This document shows, piece after piece, positions 46,575 through 61,200 of a DNA stretch of 64,000 nucleotides. The notes below the pieces were generated by a model. It saw only the letters and a program-made list of their open reading frames with translations, did no database searches and was not told the origin of the DNA. This stretch comes from Balanoglossus misakiensis (lineage: Eukaryota; Animalia; Hemichordata), in NCBI GenBank assembly GCA_040954595.2, contig CM082587.2, forward strand, positions 8,685,403 through 8,749,402, in the 5' to 3' direction. A program made the position numbers and the translations under genes. Position 1 is the first letter of the stretch. Each line of letters starts with the position of its first letter.

Positions 46575-49500
46575 ATGGGCTCCAAACATTCTAAAACGTC
46601 TTCAGCTTCAATCTCTCCCAAACCAGATGACGGTAGCATTTACAACAACTCTAGGAAAGGGTTCGAAGATGACACAAATCGCAGTTCCAAACCTTCACCA
46701 GAAAGAAGGAGAACGAAGAAGAAACGCAGAGAAGAAGACACATCGACCGAGCAACCGAACGACAAACAAGAAACACAGGAGCTGTCACAAAACTCAAACG
46801 CTTCAAACCGCGACAATTATTGTCAATACTTTACATCAGAGGATGGTATCGACGTACGAAACTACGTGTATCCATTCGAAAATATTGTCCTTGAAGGCGG
46901 GGGAAATAAGGGTATCGCCTATTGTGGAACATTGAAGGTAAACAAAGTCTTTTCGCAGATGAAGTATTATGTCCACGTCTCCAAGCTTGTTGTGACAATT
47001 ACGTAATGCCCAGGCATTAACTGTTTTGGGCCCGAGGCTAGTGATATTTTGTTCAGTTAATGTGTATGTGTCCATCACCGAGAATCTGTATTTGATCATT
47101 TGTTCAGATACAAATTTAACATTTATTATAAGCCATATAGTTATAGTATGTTTGATTCGAAATATAATGAAGTGTTTACTTGACATTGTGTTGTTAAAAT
47201 ACATATGCATAATTGATTGATAAACTGAGTTGAGATATATAATGTTGGAAAGAAATTAAAGCATGCTTTCTTACAATTATTTCCATTTCGACCGCTGGTC
47301 ACCATTTTCACCATGTCTAGTTTGATTACGAAAAACTGATGCAGAGTAAATACAACAAACGAAGAACCGTCAAAAAGTATAATCATAATCGTAAATATCT
47401 TTATTTCATATATAGCGTACTACGCACTAAGTTATCTAAATGCGCTTTACAATAAAAAAAATCAAAAGTGATAACAGTGACGTGATAAACTACAAGAAAC
47501 AACAACTTTGTTATAATGTGTCATCAAAGGAATGTTTACGTTACACATAAAATGATTTTAAAATGTAGGTTTTTAACCCAACTTTTAAATTATCTTTCTT
47601 TGTGTATTACATTTATTGATCGAGGAGAACTTCCAAACCGTTAACATCTCTTCATTGTATACAATTTAGATTCTGGCAGAAGTGGGCATCCTTGAGAACA
47701 TCCATCGCTATGCAGGTGCAAGTGCTGGTGCCCTTACTGCTGCACTCCTAGCCGTTGGATATGACCCGGATGACATACGAAGATATCTTGATCAGGATCT
47801 TAGCAAACTCTTCCTTGGTAGCTTATATTGACACTCAGTCGTTTTTAGTTTAGTCTTACATCTTTGAGATCATGTCTAGGCCAACTAAAAACATATGTGC
47901 TGTTCCGATTACCCGACCTGCCCTAATTTTAGCCCGCCAACCCTAAACTTTTTAGAGCTTCGTAAACCGGAAGTAACGATGTGAAATAAACCAAATTTAT
48001 GAAAATTGCGAGAATCACACAAGAACTATGACGTCATTCTTCTACACTATGGATTTAAAGATATAAAAATGCAAAATAAAAAAAATCCCTCCGTACCTAC
48101 CCTATTTTTGATCACCATGTGATCGGAACAGCACATATTGTTTTTATTTTAGTTGCCAGGTTGCATATGGCAATACAGCTCTCTGAAATCCTTTCGAGCA
48201 ACCTATGAATCAAAAGCAAAGCGTATGACGTAACGGTACTTTGGCAGGTTTTTGCAATCTGTCTATTCGTTAATTTTTAAAAGTGACTGCCTTGGGGAAA
48301 ATGCATATTTTGCACAAACACATGTATTCGCGGTTGATTGAAATAATCCTTTAATGACCTTCAAGCGATGTTTATCCTATTTTTAAGCAGAAAAAAATAA
48401 AAAGCCCAGCTGATTATAGGCGTTGACTTCCACTAGAATTTCAAATTGGTTTGACATCAAACTAAGCGACGGTGGCATCTTTTAACGTATAAACTTATTG
48501 ATTAAGAATTGTGTTTTTACAGAAAAAAATATCTTGTTCTGTTCATTTTCATCTTCCATAATTTTAACAAACACACTTCTTTGTTTTCTGAAGATCATGG
48601 ATGTGGTTACTGCAGTCTCTTACCAAATCTCATTAAACACTACGGATGGAATCCAGGCAGGAGATTGTTGCATTATCTGGGAGTACAGCTAGAAGAGGCG
48701 ACGGGTAATGCAAATATTACATTTAAAGAGGTATGCAATCCGTAGTTATTTGTATATTCAATTCTTGATCGGTCACGTTTTTAGTACACGTACTCACGCT
48801 AGCATTTCAGTGTCACAAGGCTAAAAAATAATATGTGTTGTTCCGATTACATGGTTTTCAAAAATAAGGTAGGCAGGTAGGGACATTTTTGTATTTGCGA
48901 TTTTTTTTTATTTCTCTGGCCGCCATAGTGTAGAAAATGGCGTCATAGTTCTTGCGTGATGCGCGCGATTTGGTCATAGTTTTCGTGTGATTTGCACTAT
49001 TTTCATAAATCCTTTATATTTGACATCGTTATTTTTACTTCCGGATTTACGTAGCTCTGAAAAGTTTAGGGTCGGCGGGGTATAATTAGGGTAGGTCGGG
49101 TAATCAGAACAGGAATTTTTTTTTTTTTTGGCCAAAGCTTAAATGCTAGAAAGAATCATGAAAGTGATCTTCATTTCTCCGTCTGACCAATGTCTTATAT
49201 TCGTTTCAAAACGGGGATTTGTACACATTTCGAAACAAGAAACCAATCTGCATGTTGCCTTGTTTCAGGTCTATGAAAAATATGGGAATGAGTTGTGTGT
49301 TGTGGTCACCAATTTAAACAGAATGGACACAGAATACTGTCACGTGAAAACAACTCCGGATATGCCAATCAAACTTGCCGTCAGAATGTCTACATCCATC
49401 CCGGGTAAAGTACTAAGCCTGATCTGTGTGTCACTTCAAATTATGAGCCGTTCATTAGCTGTAACTTTTGGCTTTTTTTCTGGGTGTTTTCTTTTGTTCT

Positions 49501-51206
49501 TTGAACATGTGTAATTTCTTGTTCTACTCCAAACAGTATGATAATACACGCAGAATCTAACTTCAAAGTTGTCAACATAGTACATGTATTGTATTGTTGA
49601 CAAATGAATTCTACTCCGGACTTGAATTACAAATGCATAGGTTGTGTTTGAAGTGTAATAGATAAACAAAACAAAAATACTGAATGCATCATGAGAAGAT
49701 ACACCTAAATGGAGTTTTAATCGAGGGATCACCGGATTAAACGATGATGAGTTGAACTAAAACCCAATTTGTTGCTTCGTCGGTTAAATCTCTTTTTGGC
49801 CTCTACAAAAAAAAATCAAAATCGATAATAAACCACACAAAATACCCGACGACTGTTGTATACACTATACATGTGTTGCGAAAGAATGTTCTGTAGATTG
49901 CATTCTATTCATTCATAATTCATTCAAATCTAATCCCTGTGTCATCTCCGTCCATCTCGTATGACCTTATTTAGTTAAACCACACTGCTGTTAGACAGAA
50001 ATGAACTCATTCCCCAAAATAATATTTTGTTCAACTTAACAGCTTTGTTTCAGGGTGTTCGATACAAACGAGGAAATTCCATGGACTTGTATGTTGATGG
50101 CGGCCTCCTCTGTAACTATCCAATACATTGTTTTGATGGTGAGTGATGCAATATTTAGTTACTTCAGTCATTGGACGGAAAATATACTGCTAATTCTTGT
50201 GGGTACATATGCTAATCAAAGATATACGGTCACCTCCAATTTACATACGCCCATATATACATATGGCCCCAGAAATGGCGTATGCGAGTGTTCTAAAAAA
50301 TATCGCATGTGGTGGCGCTCTTTTTTCCTTACGTGCCACCCACTGAAAATCCGTGATTGGCTAGAACTCAATTTGCCATGGTAACTGTAGCTGAATTTCA
50401 ATAGGTGACCATGAAGCTTTATAAGAACGTAACCATTAGCAGCAGACATAGTATATAATGGGGCTACCATATAGATTTCTCATGGGATAATCTCCCGGGG
50501 ATAATCTACACTAGAAGAGCTTATATGCTTTCGGGTAAAGCAGTGTCTCATTTACCTCGACGAATAAACATGGAAATCTACACACGATAAATACGATTCC
50601 GAATTTCTGTTTTATTAATCTGCCACTTTGGCCTTGATCAGTTGTGAGTTTCAAACAACGAGAATTAAAAACCGTTTTGTTCCTCGGATCTACCGGTGTT
50701 CTTTTATATCTAGGATTTTTCTTGTTATCTTTCAAAATCAGACAATATAAAACATGATAAACGGAAACTTAGAATTATTGTCATCGTCTCCAGATTTGTA
50801 ATTTGTTCAAAATTAATAAAAGAACGAACGGACAGCACGTAGTAATTTGTGTTTCTGATTTAGAAGTGGGTAACTTTCGGCTTTGTTTTCCTTCATTTTC
50901 ATGAAATGAAACACGTGGTTTAGTCGCAAAGAGGCTGTAGACTTCTAGAAAAAGTTCATTTACTTAAGGAACGCCGGTCTAGGCTTCCTGTGATATATCT
51001 CATCATGTACAAATAATGACCACTGGGTAATGAAAATTTACATCCAGCCCGTTCAGCATTTACACCTGTGGCCACATATTCAGTAACCTTTATTGGACAT
51101 CCATTCCGACATGCTCATGAAGGTTATTACGTTGGTGTAGAAAAAAAACCCGACTGACTGACTGACTGACTGACTGACTGACTGACTGACTGACTGACTG
51201 ACTGAC

Positions 51207-51298
<92 letters not shown>

Positions 51299-51370
51299 CC
51301 AACCAACCAACCAACCAACCAACCAACCAACCAACCAGTCAGTCAGTCAGTCAGTCAGTCAGTCAGTCAG

Positions 51371-51440
<70 letters not shown>

Positions 51441-54400
51441 CAATCCAATGGTTGTTGATGAATTAATAATCATGTTTGTTTCTATCACAGGTTGGTGGTT
51501 ATCGATGAAACCAGAAAACAATTATTTCAGAAAATTCCAGGCACTCAGTGATATAGGACGATTGTGGGACAAGAAAGAAAGGTTTGGAGAATACAATAAA
51601 AGCACGATTGGACTCTTGCTGGTAAGCTTAGGCGAAATACGTAATTAGTCTGTTAGCATGGATGTTCGCAGTTTGGGTTGGATGGATGGGCTCTGGAGTA
51701 CGCGTAGTTAGATTTTGTCAAAATGATTCTGAAGGTGGTTTTCTTAAAGCTGACGAAAGTTAACGCATAGAGACATGTCCAGAAATACTAGTACATTGTA
51801 CTACCTGTACCGTTCATTTTAGTGTAATGTATATGTGCTCGAAACCCGGATTACTTTATACTGACCAACTATACATGTATTAATATTGAATCCAACGGTG
51901 GAAAGCAAGGAGGTCGTAAGTGTTTATGAACGATTCTACCAAAACTCTGTCGTTTTGTTTGTAGTTTGCAGGAGACGAGTGTGAAGTCATGAAATCGTTG
52001 TTGCGTCAAAGGGACGGGGTGTCAGCATTTGTACCACAGCGACCTCAGACGAAGCTCACAAGGTATTCTGTTTTATTATGCGTTCATTTTAAATACTAGC
52101 AAAAGATATATAAGCCCAGTATCATATATGACATTGGTGATGGACTTCGTCGCACTGAATTGCAAACTCTAGTCCCCTGTTTCAGTTTTGACGATAAGTA
52201 AATGTTATACGTGCATACAATACAATCTTCACTGTAACAAGAGGAATCAACAATGTTCGGGACCTCATGAATTGAATTGACTGTAGTACAATCACGCGTG
52301 CTGAGCAGATGCAAATGCAAAGAGTAACATTTATTGTATGGACAATTTCAGGCAACGGAGGAAAGAGAAAGAACAGAAAAACGAAGCGGAAAGAAAACAT
52401 AACAAACATCTACAATCCATGACTAAGTTCCTACAAGTATTGAGTGACAATAATTTGGACCAAAATTCTACAATTAGCAAAGAAGAATTTTACTCTGCAA
52501 TTTCAAACGTGAGTTAAACTTTTGATTACTGATTAGTGAATTACATATACCAGCACATGTACACATACACACACACACAGACACGCACACACGCATGCAT
52601 GCATGCACGCACGCACGCACGCACGCACGCATTTTAGGAGCAGTCCAAGAGATTAGATACGACACAAACATTAACAGTATCAAAAGTTACAGTTGCCGAC
52701 CGTTACTAGCTACCCATGACATGTTAGCTATGCTATTTGTCACCATTTGCATTCTTTTCAATTCCTTTTCAGAAATCGATTTTTACAGAAGATAATTTTA
52801 CTGACTTATTTGGCCCTGTTTCCGTTGATGAAGTATTCAACGTCCTTGATGTCACTGCAGATGGGAAGGTAACTTAAATAGAACACATTGTTGAAAAGAG
52901 AAATGTACTGTAGATATCAAATCTAGTTCCTTCTCACATGTAAGAAGACATGAGGCTTGTCGTGCTAAAATTGTGTATTCAGACTTTAATAGGCCTAAAG
53001 TGAAGGGGTCGTTATAAACATTACAATTCATCCACAAATCCCTGAAATTATATAATTCTTAGAATGAACGAAGCAGCCAACCATAGCAAAGACTGGACAG
53101 TAAACAGTAAAGTACTTTTAAATACTGGTAGATCGCCCTACCTATTCTCTCAATACATACATTGGATTTGTTTATTTTTTAGATACACTTTTCCGAATTG
53201 GTGCTTTTTGCTGAGAAGAAAGGTATTGATATACAATCCCAATTTATCGGTTATGATAGAAGAGAAATTAAGAACTTTGCAAAATTCTTGGATGCTTTAC
53301 AAGAGTCTCTCTTGCTTAATGTGAAGAGACTGTACTTCGATGTAAGTATTATTTTATGATACAATGTAGTTTGAAAGCATGTTTCATTGTCATTTAAATG
53401 GTGTCCCTTATTTTGAACCAATGAGAATGTTGCAAAAACCACTTAACCAAAATTGGATACATGTACATCTTTGCAAATACTATCATTGACATGCAAATTG
53501 TTAGGTCATTTTATACTTTTTGTAATACTTCAAGGATTCTCTACCTTTTACCAACGAATAAATAATTAAAGATAAAGATAATTGCACTGGGGGTGTACAA
53601 TCAATACTTATTCTCAATCATGTGACTCCATACTTATGAAATAAATACCTATCTGACCAGTTTCCGACAAAAGTTGAAAATTTGTTCATGGCTTTATGGC
53701 AGGAAACAGATGTTGACAGAACAATTGGTATCGACACTGATTATGTGAGGACGGAAGATTTCAAACTGGAACGAGCTGACAAAGACTTTCTCTTTGAGGT
53801 ATGGCTATTTTATTACCTGTATGTAACAACATCATTTGGCTCAAAATTTAGAAAATTGTCATTTTCCTGATTTTTACATTATATTGAATATCAACAATGC
53901 ATGTTAAATACAAAGTAGATAGAAAATAGGTGTCTCAAGCTACTTTTTCAGTTAGTGGGCCTAAAACATTGTGGAAAATGCTGAATTTTCCTTATATGGT
54001 GAAAATACCTGAACAGCTGTATAAAAAAATCAAGCACTGTGACATAGTGTTTTCTTTATATCTTTTATTAATACTCCTCTTTTGGCACCTTTTGTGAAAA
54101 TTTCAAGAAAATGACAATATTGGAACACTCTTTTCTCAACATTCTAAATGTAAGGCTATGGAATGTGGTAACTACATGTGGCACTGCGTCTGGGTAGTCA
54201 TCTGCCTTAATTGTTTCCTAAAATATTCTGTTTTTACCTTTCATTTTTGATCCATTTTCACTAAGATACAGATCTCATAAACAAGGGAAATTAGAAAAAG
54301 AAATAAATGAAAGAGAACCACAGAACATAGAAAGTCTAATCCAACACTCCATCAAAATAATTAGTGTACTTTGGCACAATTTTTTTCATCATGTCTTTCA

Positions 54401-54488
54401 TTAACTTCATTAGCAAGGTGCCAGATCTGCTGCATGTTATCTCAAACACTATGTGAAGAAATATGAGCCACCATTAAAAGAACAATAA
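46575..54488 (+). CDS. Patatin-like phospholipase with an N-myristoylation motif and two inserted EF-hand-like motifs, ~563 aa
   Basis: Exons 46575-46937, 47670-47817, 48594-48730, 49269-49404, 50043-50138, 51491-51621, 51965-52062, 52352-52508, 52773-52868, 53183-53341, 53703-53798, 54414-54488, with consistent phases. Motifs GGGNKG (oxyanion), GASAG (nucleophile Ser), AVRMSTSIP and YVDGG (catalytic Asp). EF loops NLDQNSTISKEE and DVTADGKIHFSE. N-terminus MGSKHS. Confidence 0.88.
47878..48150. mobile_element. MITE copy in patatin intron 2, with an inverted partner at 48818-49134
   Basis: ATATGTGCTGTTCCGAT..ATCGGAACAGCACATAT TIR. The body is the reverse complement of the 48818-49134 copy. 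Confidence 0.78.
48818..49134. mobile_element. MITE copy in patatin intron 3, inverted relative to 47878-48150
   Basis: AAAGTTTAGGGTCGGCGGG..AATTAGGGTAGGTCGGGTAATC is complementary to GATTACCCGACCTGCCCTAATT..CCCGCCAACCCTAAACTTT. Confidence 0.78.
51152..51448. repeat. Compound microsatellite (GACT)n(CAAT)n(CAAC)n(CAGT)n(CAAT)n
   Basis: Visible array just upstream of patatin exon 6. Confidence 0.96.
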
Positions 54489-57400
54489 TAGAAGTCAACC
54501 TGGAATCAGATTGCCTGGAAGATGAAAGGTGAGATTTACACAATGTCAAAATGTGAAAATAATGAACAGATTTTATTTAATAATCAGTCTGCAATTGTGT
54601 GCATGTTAATTGGTAATTCCAAAAAGCCAATGTTTCTGATCTCAGAAAATAATATTACACACATTCCTTTCATTAGAAAAATGCTATTCAAATTTACAAT
54701 GGCACTATATAATCCAGTCTATTTGAAGTGAAAGAAATATAAACTTGTCTTCTGTTTTGTTTTGCAGGACAGACCCATACACTTTCGGTGCCTATGCGAT
54801 GTAATAAACAAAGGCACAGCATACAAAAACTAAAGTGGTGTTAGGTGCACTGACAACTTCAATCAGATTATTGACCAATTTTAGCACTTGCAAGTAAATT
54901 AACTTGTTGTATACTAGTATACATGTATAACTATGAGTTGATGCTGCTAGTTTGTGCCAGTGCTGCATCAGGGTAATAGAGATTTCGAATTCTCCCACTA
55001 TTGGCCACTGGGAGTGTGGGATAAATTGATCCCACACTCTTGCAGATTATATGACACGAACACTGATTGGATGATAATGTTCTTTAATTAACATGCGCAA
55101 AATGTTATCCAATCACGCGGTGTGTAATACATTGCCAGAAACTATTTGCCGGATGACAGTTTCGCAGTCAATTCTTCAATGTTTCTAATGTAAATTTGAC
55201 AAATTTTGTCTTTCACTCGCAGCTTGTGTGAGGGAAAAAATCTAAAATTGTGTGAGAAATCTAATCCCTAACCTAATGTCCTTGTGAATGTGAGTTTCTA
55301 TTAATCACGATTGTTCTTGCAAGTTTATTTTTGTAATTAGTATAAAACTTCTGCAATGTTTGTTTTATAATATTGTTAATCATAATGATATGCTTATTCA
55401 GCTGAAAGGCTGTTATATATGTTGTTTCACAGATTTCTGTTAAAAGTTAAATTCTATTTTCGGTGCTTTCAAAACAAAGTTGTAGTGTAGTGCTGTCAGG
55501 TCAATTTTGTACACACGATGTATTTATTAAATTTGGGACAGAATTTATCAAACCTTTGCAATAATTGTGGTTGCTACAGCAACCAAAACTCTTTTGCAGT
55601 CCATCTTGGCCTGTTGAAGACGCCCAAAAGCCATGTTTAACTTCCTTAATCTTAACAATCTGCTCACTGACCCCCCATTTTTTTCCTTAAATTGATTTTA
55701 CATACTTTAAACAATTATCCACTAGGTTTTAGAAAAAGTCTGAAAGCGGTAAAAAATATATAAGCAGTGTAAAGGCCTTAGCATGTTACACTTGTATGTA
55801 AAATGCGGAAAATTATTTAATGACCATGTGACTAGTTTGTATCCAACTGAAACTGACTGGAGAAAATATATTTGATTCATGAATGCTAGTTTTGGCATTG
55901 ATTAGTAGTGTCTACTCAGATATGAAATTTTCCTTAGATACGGAGTACCATACAAGTGGCTAATGAAACATGCAAATAAAATATCTCTCACAGATTCCCC
56001 ACAAACGATGACACATTTTGACATGAAAACAACTTTAATGTTCCTTTTTTACACACTCACCAAAATTACAATTTCAAGCGACTACATGTAATATCTATCA
56101 ATATTATGTTAAAATAGAATTTACACTTTGAAGTATTATAAATCTGCTTATTTAAACTTTCAACAGTAAGGCACAATGAGGCTAAAAGTGTCTTTCTTAC
56201 TGGTCACATCGCCTTCCCTATCACCCTCTGCCATAAGCAATTGCCATGTACTACTACTCACTTCACAAAAACTTCTAGATCATTGAATTTCAAAGTTCAA
56301 TCAATATAAAATTGTCTATGTCACTACAAATATTTGATCCATGTATTGACCACTGATATGTTATACATATGGTAAATCACTAAAATGATTCTAATATAAT
56401 CAGTAACCATTGACAGGTCTACTCTTACTGATGGCGCAGTTGAAATACACACACAGCAAACAACCAAAAATTTCATCAAACTAAAATGTTTCTTTATGTT
56501 TAAATGGGAGACCAATATCTCAGGTACTTGGACAAAGCCAGGCATGAAAGGGTTTACTTACAACATACTTCATGTTTTACAGAAACTGCACTGACAACAG
56601 TGTTCAAGTGAATACTGGCCTTTCATGTTTGACTGAAAAATCTGCCATTCAAGGGCGCTCTCATACATGCCCCCCCCCCCCCCCCCTCTTGGGGGCAGGA
56701 AGCATAGAAAGCACCCTCCAATGAAAGATCTTTCAGTATACTTTCATGTGTGCACATTTCCATAAACAAATCATTAATTATATCACATTTGAAATATCAT
56801 CCTGATGTAAAATAAAAGATACAATAAGTGTAACTGATTCAAGAACCTTTATTTTACCCCCCCCCCCCCCCCCATCACAAAATCGTGAATATTTCAAGGA
56901 AACAAATCTATTTAAAAGTCTCATGGTTGTTATTAGTCTCATCACACAAGTTGTCATACAACCTGTCTAATTAATTCAGTTTGTATCCCTTTTCACAATA
57001 TAATTTAGTAAATCACTTTTTTTGTCTTAAAATTTTCAATATAGTTGATATAAGGCGCACTACCAAAGTCTACATCATAATGATCTTCATAAAAATACAT
57101 GGTATTTGTAAAATACATGTAATGAACTCCAGTGATTACATTGGAGTAACTAGTGGTAAGATCCTGTTTAGTCTATCTCAAAGGCAATGAATGATATTTA
57201 ATATGAAATGTTGCATATTGCTATCATATGTATCAGTCTCGCACCCTCAAGTAGTATTACCACTACCAGATGTGTGCCACCTATATTCATATCAAATGTG
57301 TAAATTTATAAGTTTGTACACAACTACCTCTGCAAAGTTAAGTGATTACATTTCAGTCACAGTGACTACCTAGCATCTGGATCACATTGTACATGACACA

Positions 57401-58251
57401 TTACATGTAAAAGGGCACAATCACTAGGTCTTTACAATTGCATATATTGAAGTATTTTACTGCAGTACGATTATTTTAAAAAGTGACAACGTACAGGTTT
57501 TAAATGTTTATTAATTATATCATTCAATATTTTTGTATAAGTAATATTTCCTAGTATGAAAATTACACCACATATATTTTATTTTTATCAAAATATTATT
57601 GTCAAAATTTGGTGGCGAAATTTGTGTCAAGCACACATAAAAACAGATATTGCTTACAGGGGAAGGAAATCAAGTTAGTGTTCTGTCCAGACCTATTATA
57701 ACGAAGTTGGAATATTATCAAACACACTCAATTTTGGGAAATTTCCAGGAATGTTGTTATATGCTTACTCAATCCACGATCAGTATAAATAATACATAAA
57801 TAGTACTGAGATGGCAGCGTGTGCTGTAGTACTACCATCATTACAAAGACTATCATTTAATGTTGGGAAAACAGAAATAATCTCTTACGCTATCAGAAAT
57901 TCAAGGGAAGAACACTGCAATCCAATACGGCTTTTTTTTCTACTCCGACTCAAGAAACTACAATTCGGTTAATCCTATAGATATGTGAATTCTACAGCGC
58001 AACAACTATATGAAGGTAGGATAAACACAGTGTAAGGTTACAGGTTTGCCAATGCCTGGCGGGCTTGAGTGGAAGACAGGGAGAAACAACAAGATTTGTG
58101 TATGAAGTTTCATGTAACATTTAAAAAAAAATGCTTTCAATTGACCTGCACAACTAAGAATGCAGACATGTGAGCATTATAGTCATTCAAAGTATCACAA
58201 CAATCTGCATACGTGTAAAGACTGCCAAAGATATACACACTACTTCTATTT

Positions 58252-61200
58252 TCATAAAACTAACGATCTGGGTTTGCACTGATTCAGATACTGACGAGCT
58301 TGTTGGGTTAAAAGCTTCTGATCTTGTGTCTTCCCACACGCAACTGCTTCCCATGCTGCATCCAACTTAAAATAAATAAAAATATACAAATTAAAAAAAA
58401 ATGCCATTTTCCTCTCATCATGAGAATGAAAAATAAAACAGAAAACATGGTGCTCCCATCCAACTTCTTCAGTTAGCGGTTCTATTAAAGGGGAAATTCT
58501 GTCCAGCTGATTTCTATATAATTTGGTAGCTTGGAGGTCACTCTTTCAGAAAAAAAACATATTCGCCATGTATAAGTCACGCGATTTTTTTTTTACAAAA
58601 TCGAGGGAAAGTTGGCAGAATTTCCAATATGGCATTTACTGTAATTTGAATCATGGGAAAATAAGCGCCAGGACCAACTTCCGCCCACCTTAGTGTGGGT
58701 GATACCATTCTCCGATTGGTGTCACTGTGTGACAGGCTAAGCGTATTTGTATATTTTTCATGGGTTATAGCTCATGAAAACTGTCAATAGATGACAAATT
58801 TTCGACTTTGCTGATGATTGTTTATCAACTGACACAAAACAAGTACAAACAATAGCTATACATATACGCCTAGTCGCTTGTTTTGCAAACAAATGAAAAA
58901 CAACATACCTGTGCCAACGGTTTTGAAGGAGTCTCTTGAAATCTCACATGTCGTGTCTCATTCTTTCCTTTGATTTTCACCTTTTGTGAATTAGTGGCTG
59001 CTCCTCCTGTAATCGTGTATCCTTTGCCTGGAGGTGACGCGAATGATGGCCGAGTCATCAGCATTGAACCATCCTGCAACAAAGACATTGAAACTTTCAT
59101 CAGAATTACTGGTACAACCATGGCCACATTTTGAAAGGGAAACACACTTCGTGTAAAGATGATCAATGAAAAAGCATGTGATAGTAGTCTCAATATACCC
59201 TGGATTTCAGTGTTACATATAATTACAAGTCTGGGTGTACACGGAATTCTACATTTGGCATCAATCAACACAAATGCTGTTGAAATCATACTAAGTGCTG
59301 TAAAATGTTTATAAGCTGTGTTTTTGGCAATATTCAGAGAACGAAAATGGATCAAAAACATCACCTATAGCTAGTCATTTTACATACAGTTCTTTGAAAT
59401 TTCTTGAGATAAATCAGTTTTACCAGAAATGAATGTTTATAAAGTGAGAAGAAATACATGTACACTGAACAATCAAGATATTTATATGGATGTCACCTAA
59501 ACATCTTTTTTCATTTTCAGACAGTATATAACTTGTGCCAGAGTGAGACATACTAGTATGGCAATGATTAAAGTGTTTGTATAGTTACCTGAGAAGGCAT
59601 AAAGAGCGATTCAGGTGGAAATGGTGCAGGGCTCCACTGACTGCTTAAAGACTTTCTTACTCTCTTTGACGGACTGTCATTCTGTAACCAGAGAATATCG
59701 AACATGTCCAGCAATCACAAAATTGAATCTTTAAAGGATGGCCATTGCAGAAACTTCAAGTTGACAATTTTTCACATAATAACAATGTGTTTTCTTCAAC
59801 ACATGGATAGGAACCACACACCATTTCTACAAGTGTTGATAACGGTCTGTATTTAAACAGGCAAGTTTTTGAGTCAAGAGAAAATTTACAAAAGCAAACT
59901 TATTAACCCTGTATTGAAGATGACACTACAAAAAAATGTCAATGAAATTACTGAGGTATATCTATAACAGTAGCATTATCAGTCCAACATTAAGTTGACG
60001 CATTGAAATATACTTTTGTCTTGTCAATCATTTTTAACATGAAGGCTAGGAGCAAAATAATGAAGAACTGAAGATGTGTTTGAAGGGAATACTCACAGCA
60101 TTCAAAGTAGAATCCAGATTACTTATATCGGCTGCAATTCCACTGGAGAGTTCTTCTTTCTGAATGATTTCACTCAAATCTTCCAAATCACAATGAGAAT
60201 GAGCCTGAAATAATATATCAGTTTGATCAGTCCTCAAAATATCCAAGCTTAGAACTATTGGTAACAACATCTGTGACGTGAGAGTTACGTCTGTCTGATT
60301 ATCAATGAGTCTGACAAGTCACAACACCTCTTATATTATATGAGCAAAATTCCTTGTAATAAATACTTACCACTTGTTTTAACAAAGGTCCATTCTTCTT
60401 TTCAAGTATGGCAAGAGCATCTTTCAAAGGGGTGGGTGTTCTTGGTGTTGTATCTAGTAATGCCCGTCGAGTTTTTGGTGTTCTGAATATACCATCCCTG
60501 TGAAAAAATTTCATCAGTTTGGTACATATAAAACTGGAAAAGATACAAGTATTACTGCTAACATAAGTGACAACACTTAAAATGGTGAATAAAATATCAA
60601 TGATACCCTGCTATTAAACATGTCAGCATTCTAGATTTGTTGATTATACCCGATCACTGATGGTGTTTCTGAAGACCAGACAAAAAACGTTGGTGCAGGC
60701 AATTTGCCAACTTTTCTGAGTTTATCTGCCAAATTCTTTACTATCAATCACGTGATCTGGCAATGTGTCCCATGGCGCAGTCATTTCCAGATGACGGGCA
60801 AGCAATATTTCGGCATCCAGTAAAAGTTTTTCCGAGTATGTTTTTACTTTAGAACTGCCAAACACATAACATGTATCGGGTATGTTGCCTCATCAGCCTC
60901 ATTGCATTTCGTCTGCACAGTCTTTGTCTGCACCACGTTGCTGAAGTTGCCCGTCATCTGGAAATTTGAATGCGAACGTAACTGCCACCTGAACGCGTCT
61001 GACGTCATTTGATAGCAAAGAATTGCTTGAGCCAATAATGGCACTAAAAAGTATCTTATCAACACAGCAATGAACCTCCTGCCAATTTCCCATCAGACAC
61101 TTCTATTTGGCAATGGCAAGTTTGGATCAATAAGGTCAGAGTGAAAAATCACCTGATCCAATATATTCTTACACTCATACTTAGAGTTTGCCCTGGAATG

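Noticed and set aside
52063-53182. Apparent frameshift in the patatin gene between exons ending at 52062 and starting at 53183
   Set aside because: Resolved by two exons absent from the ORF track (52352-52508 and 52773-52868).
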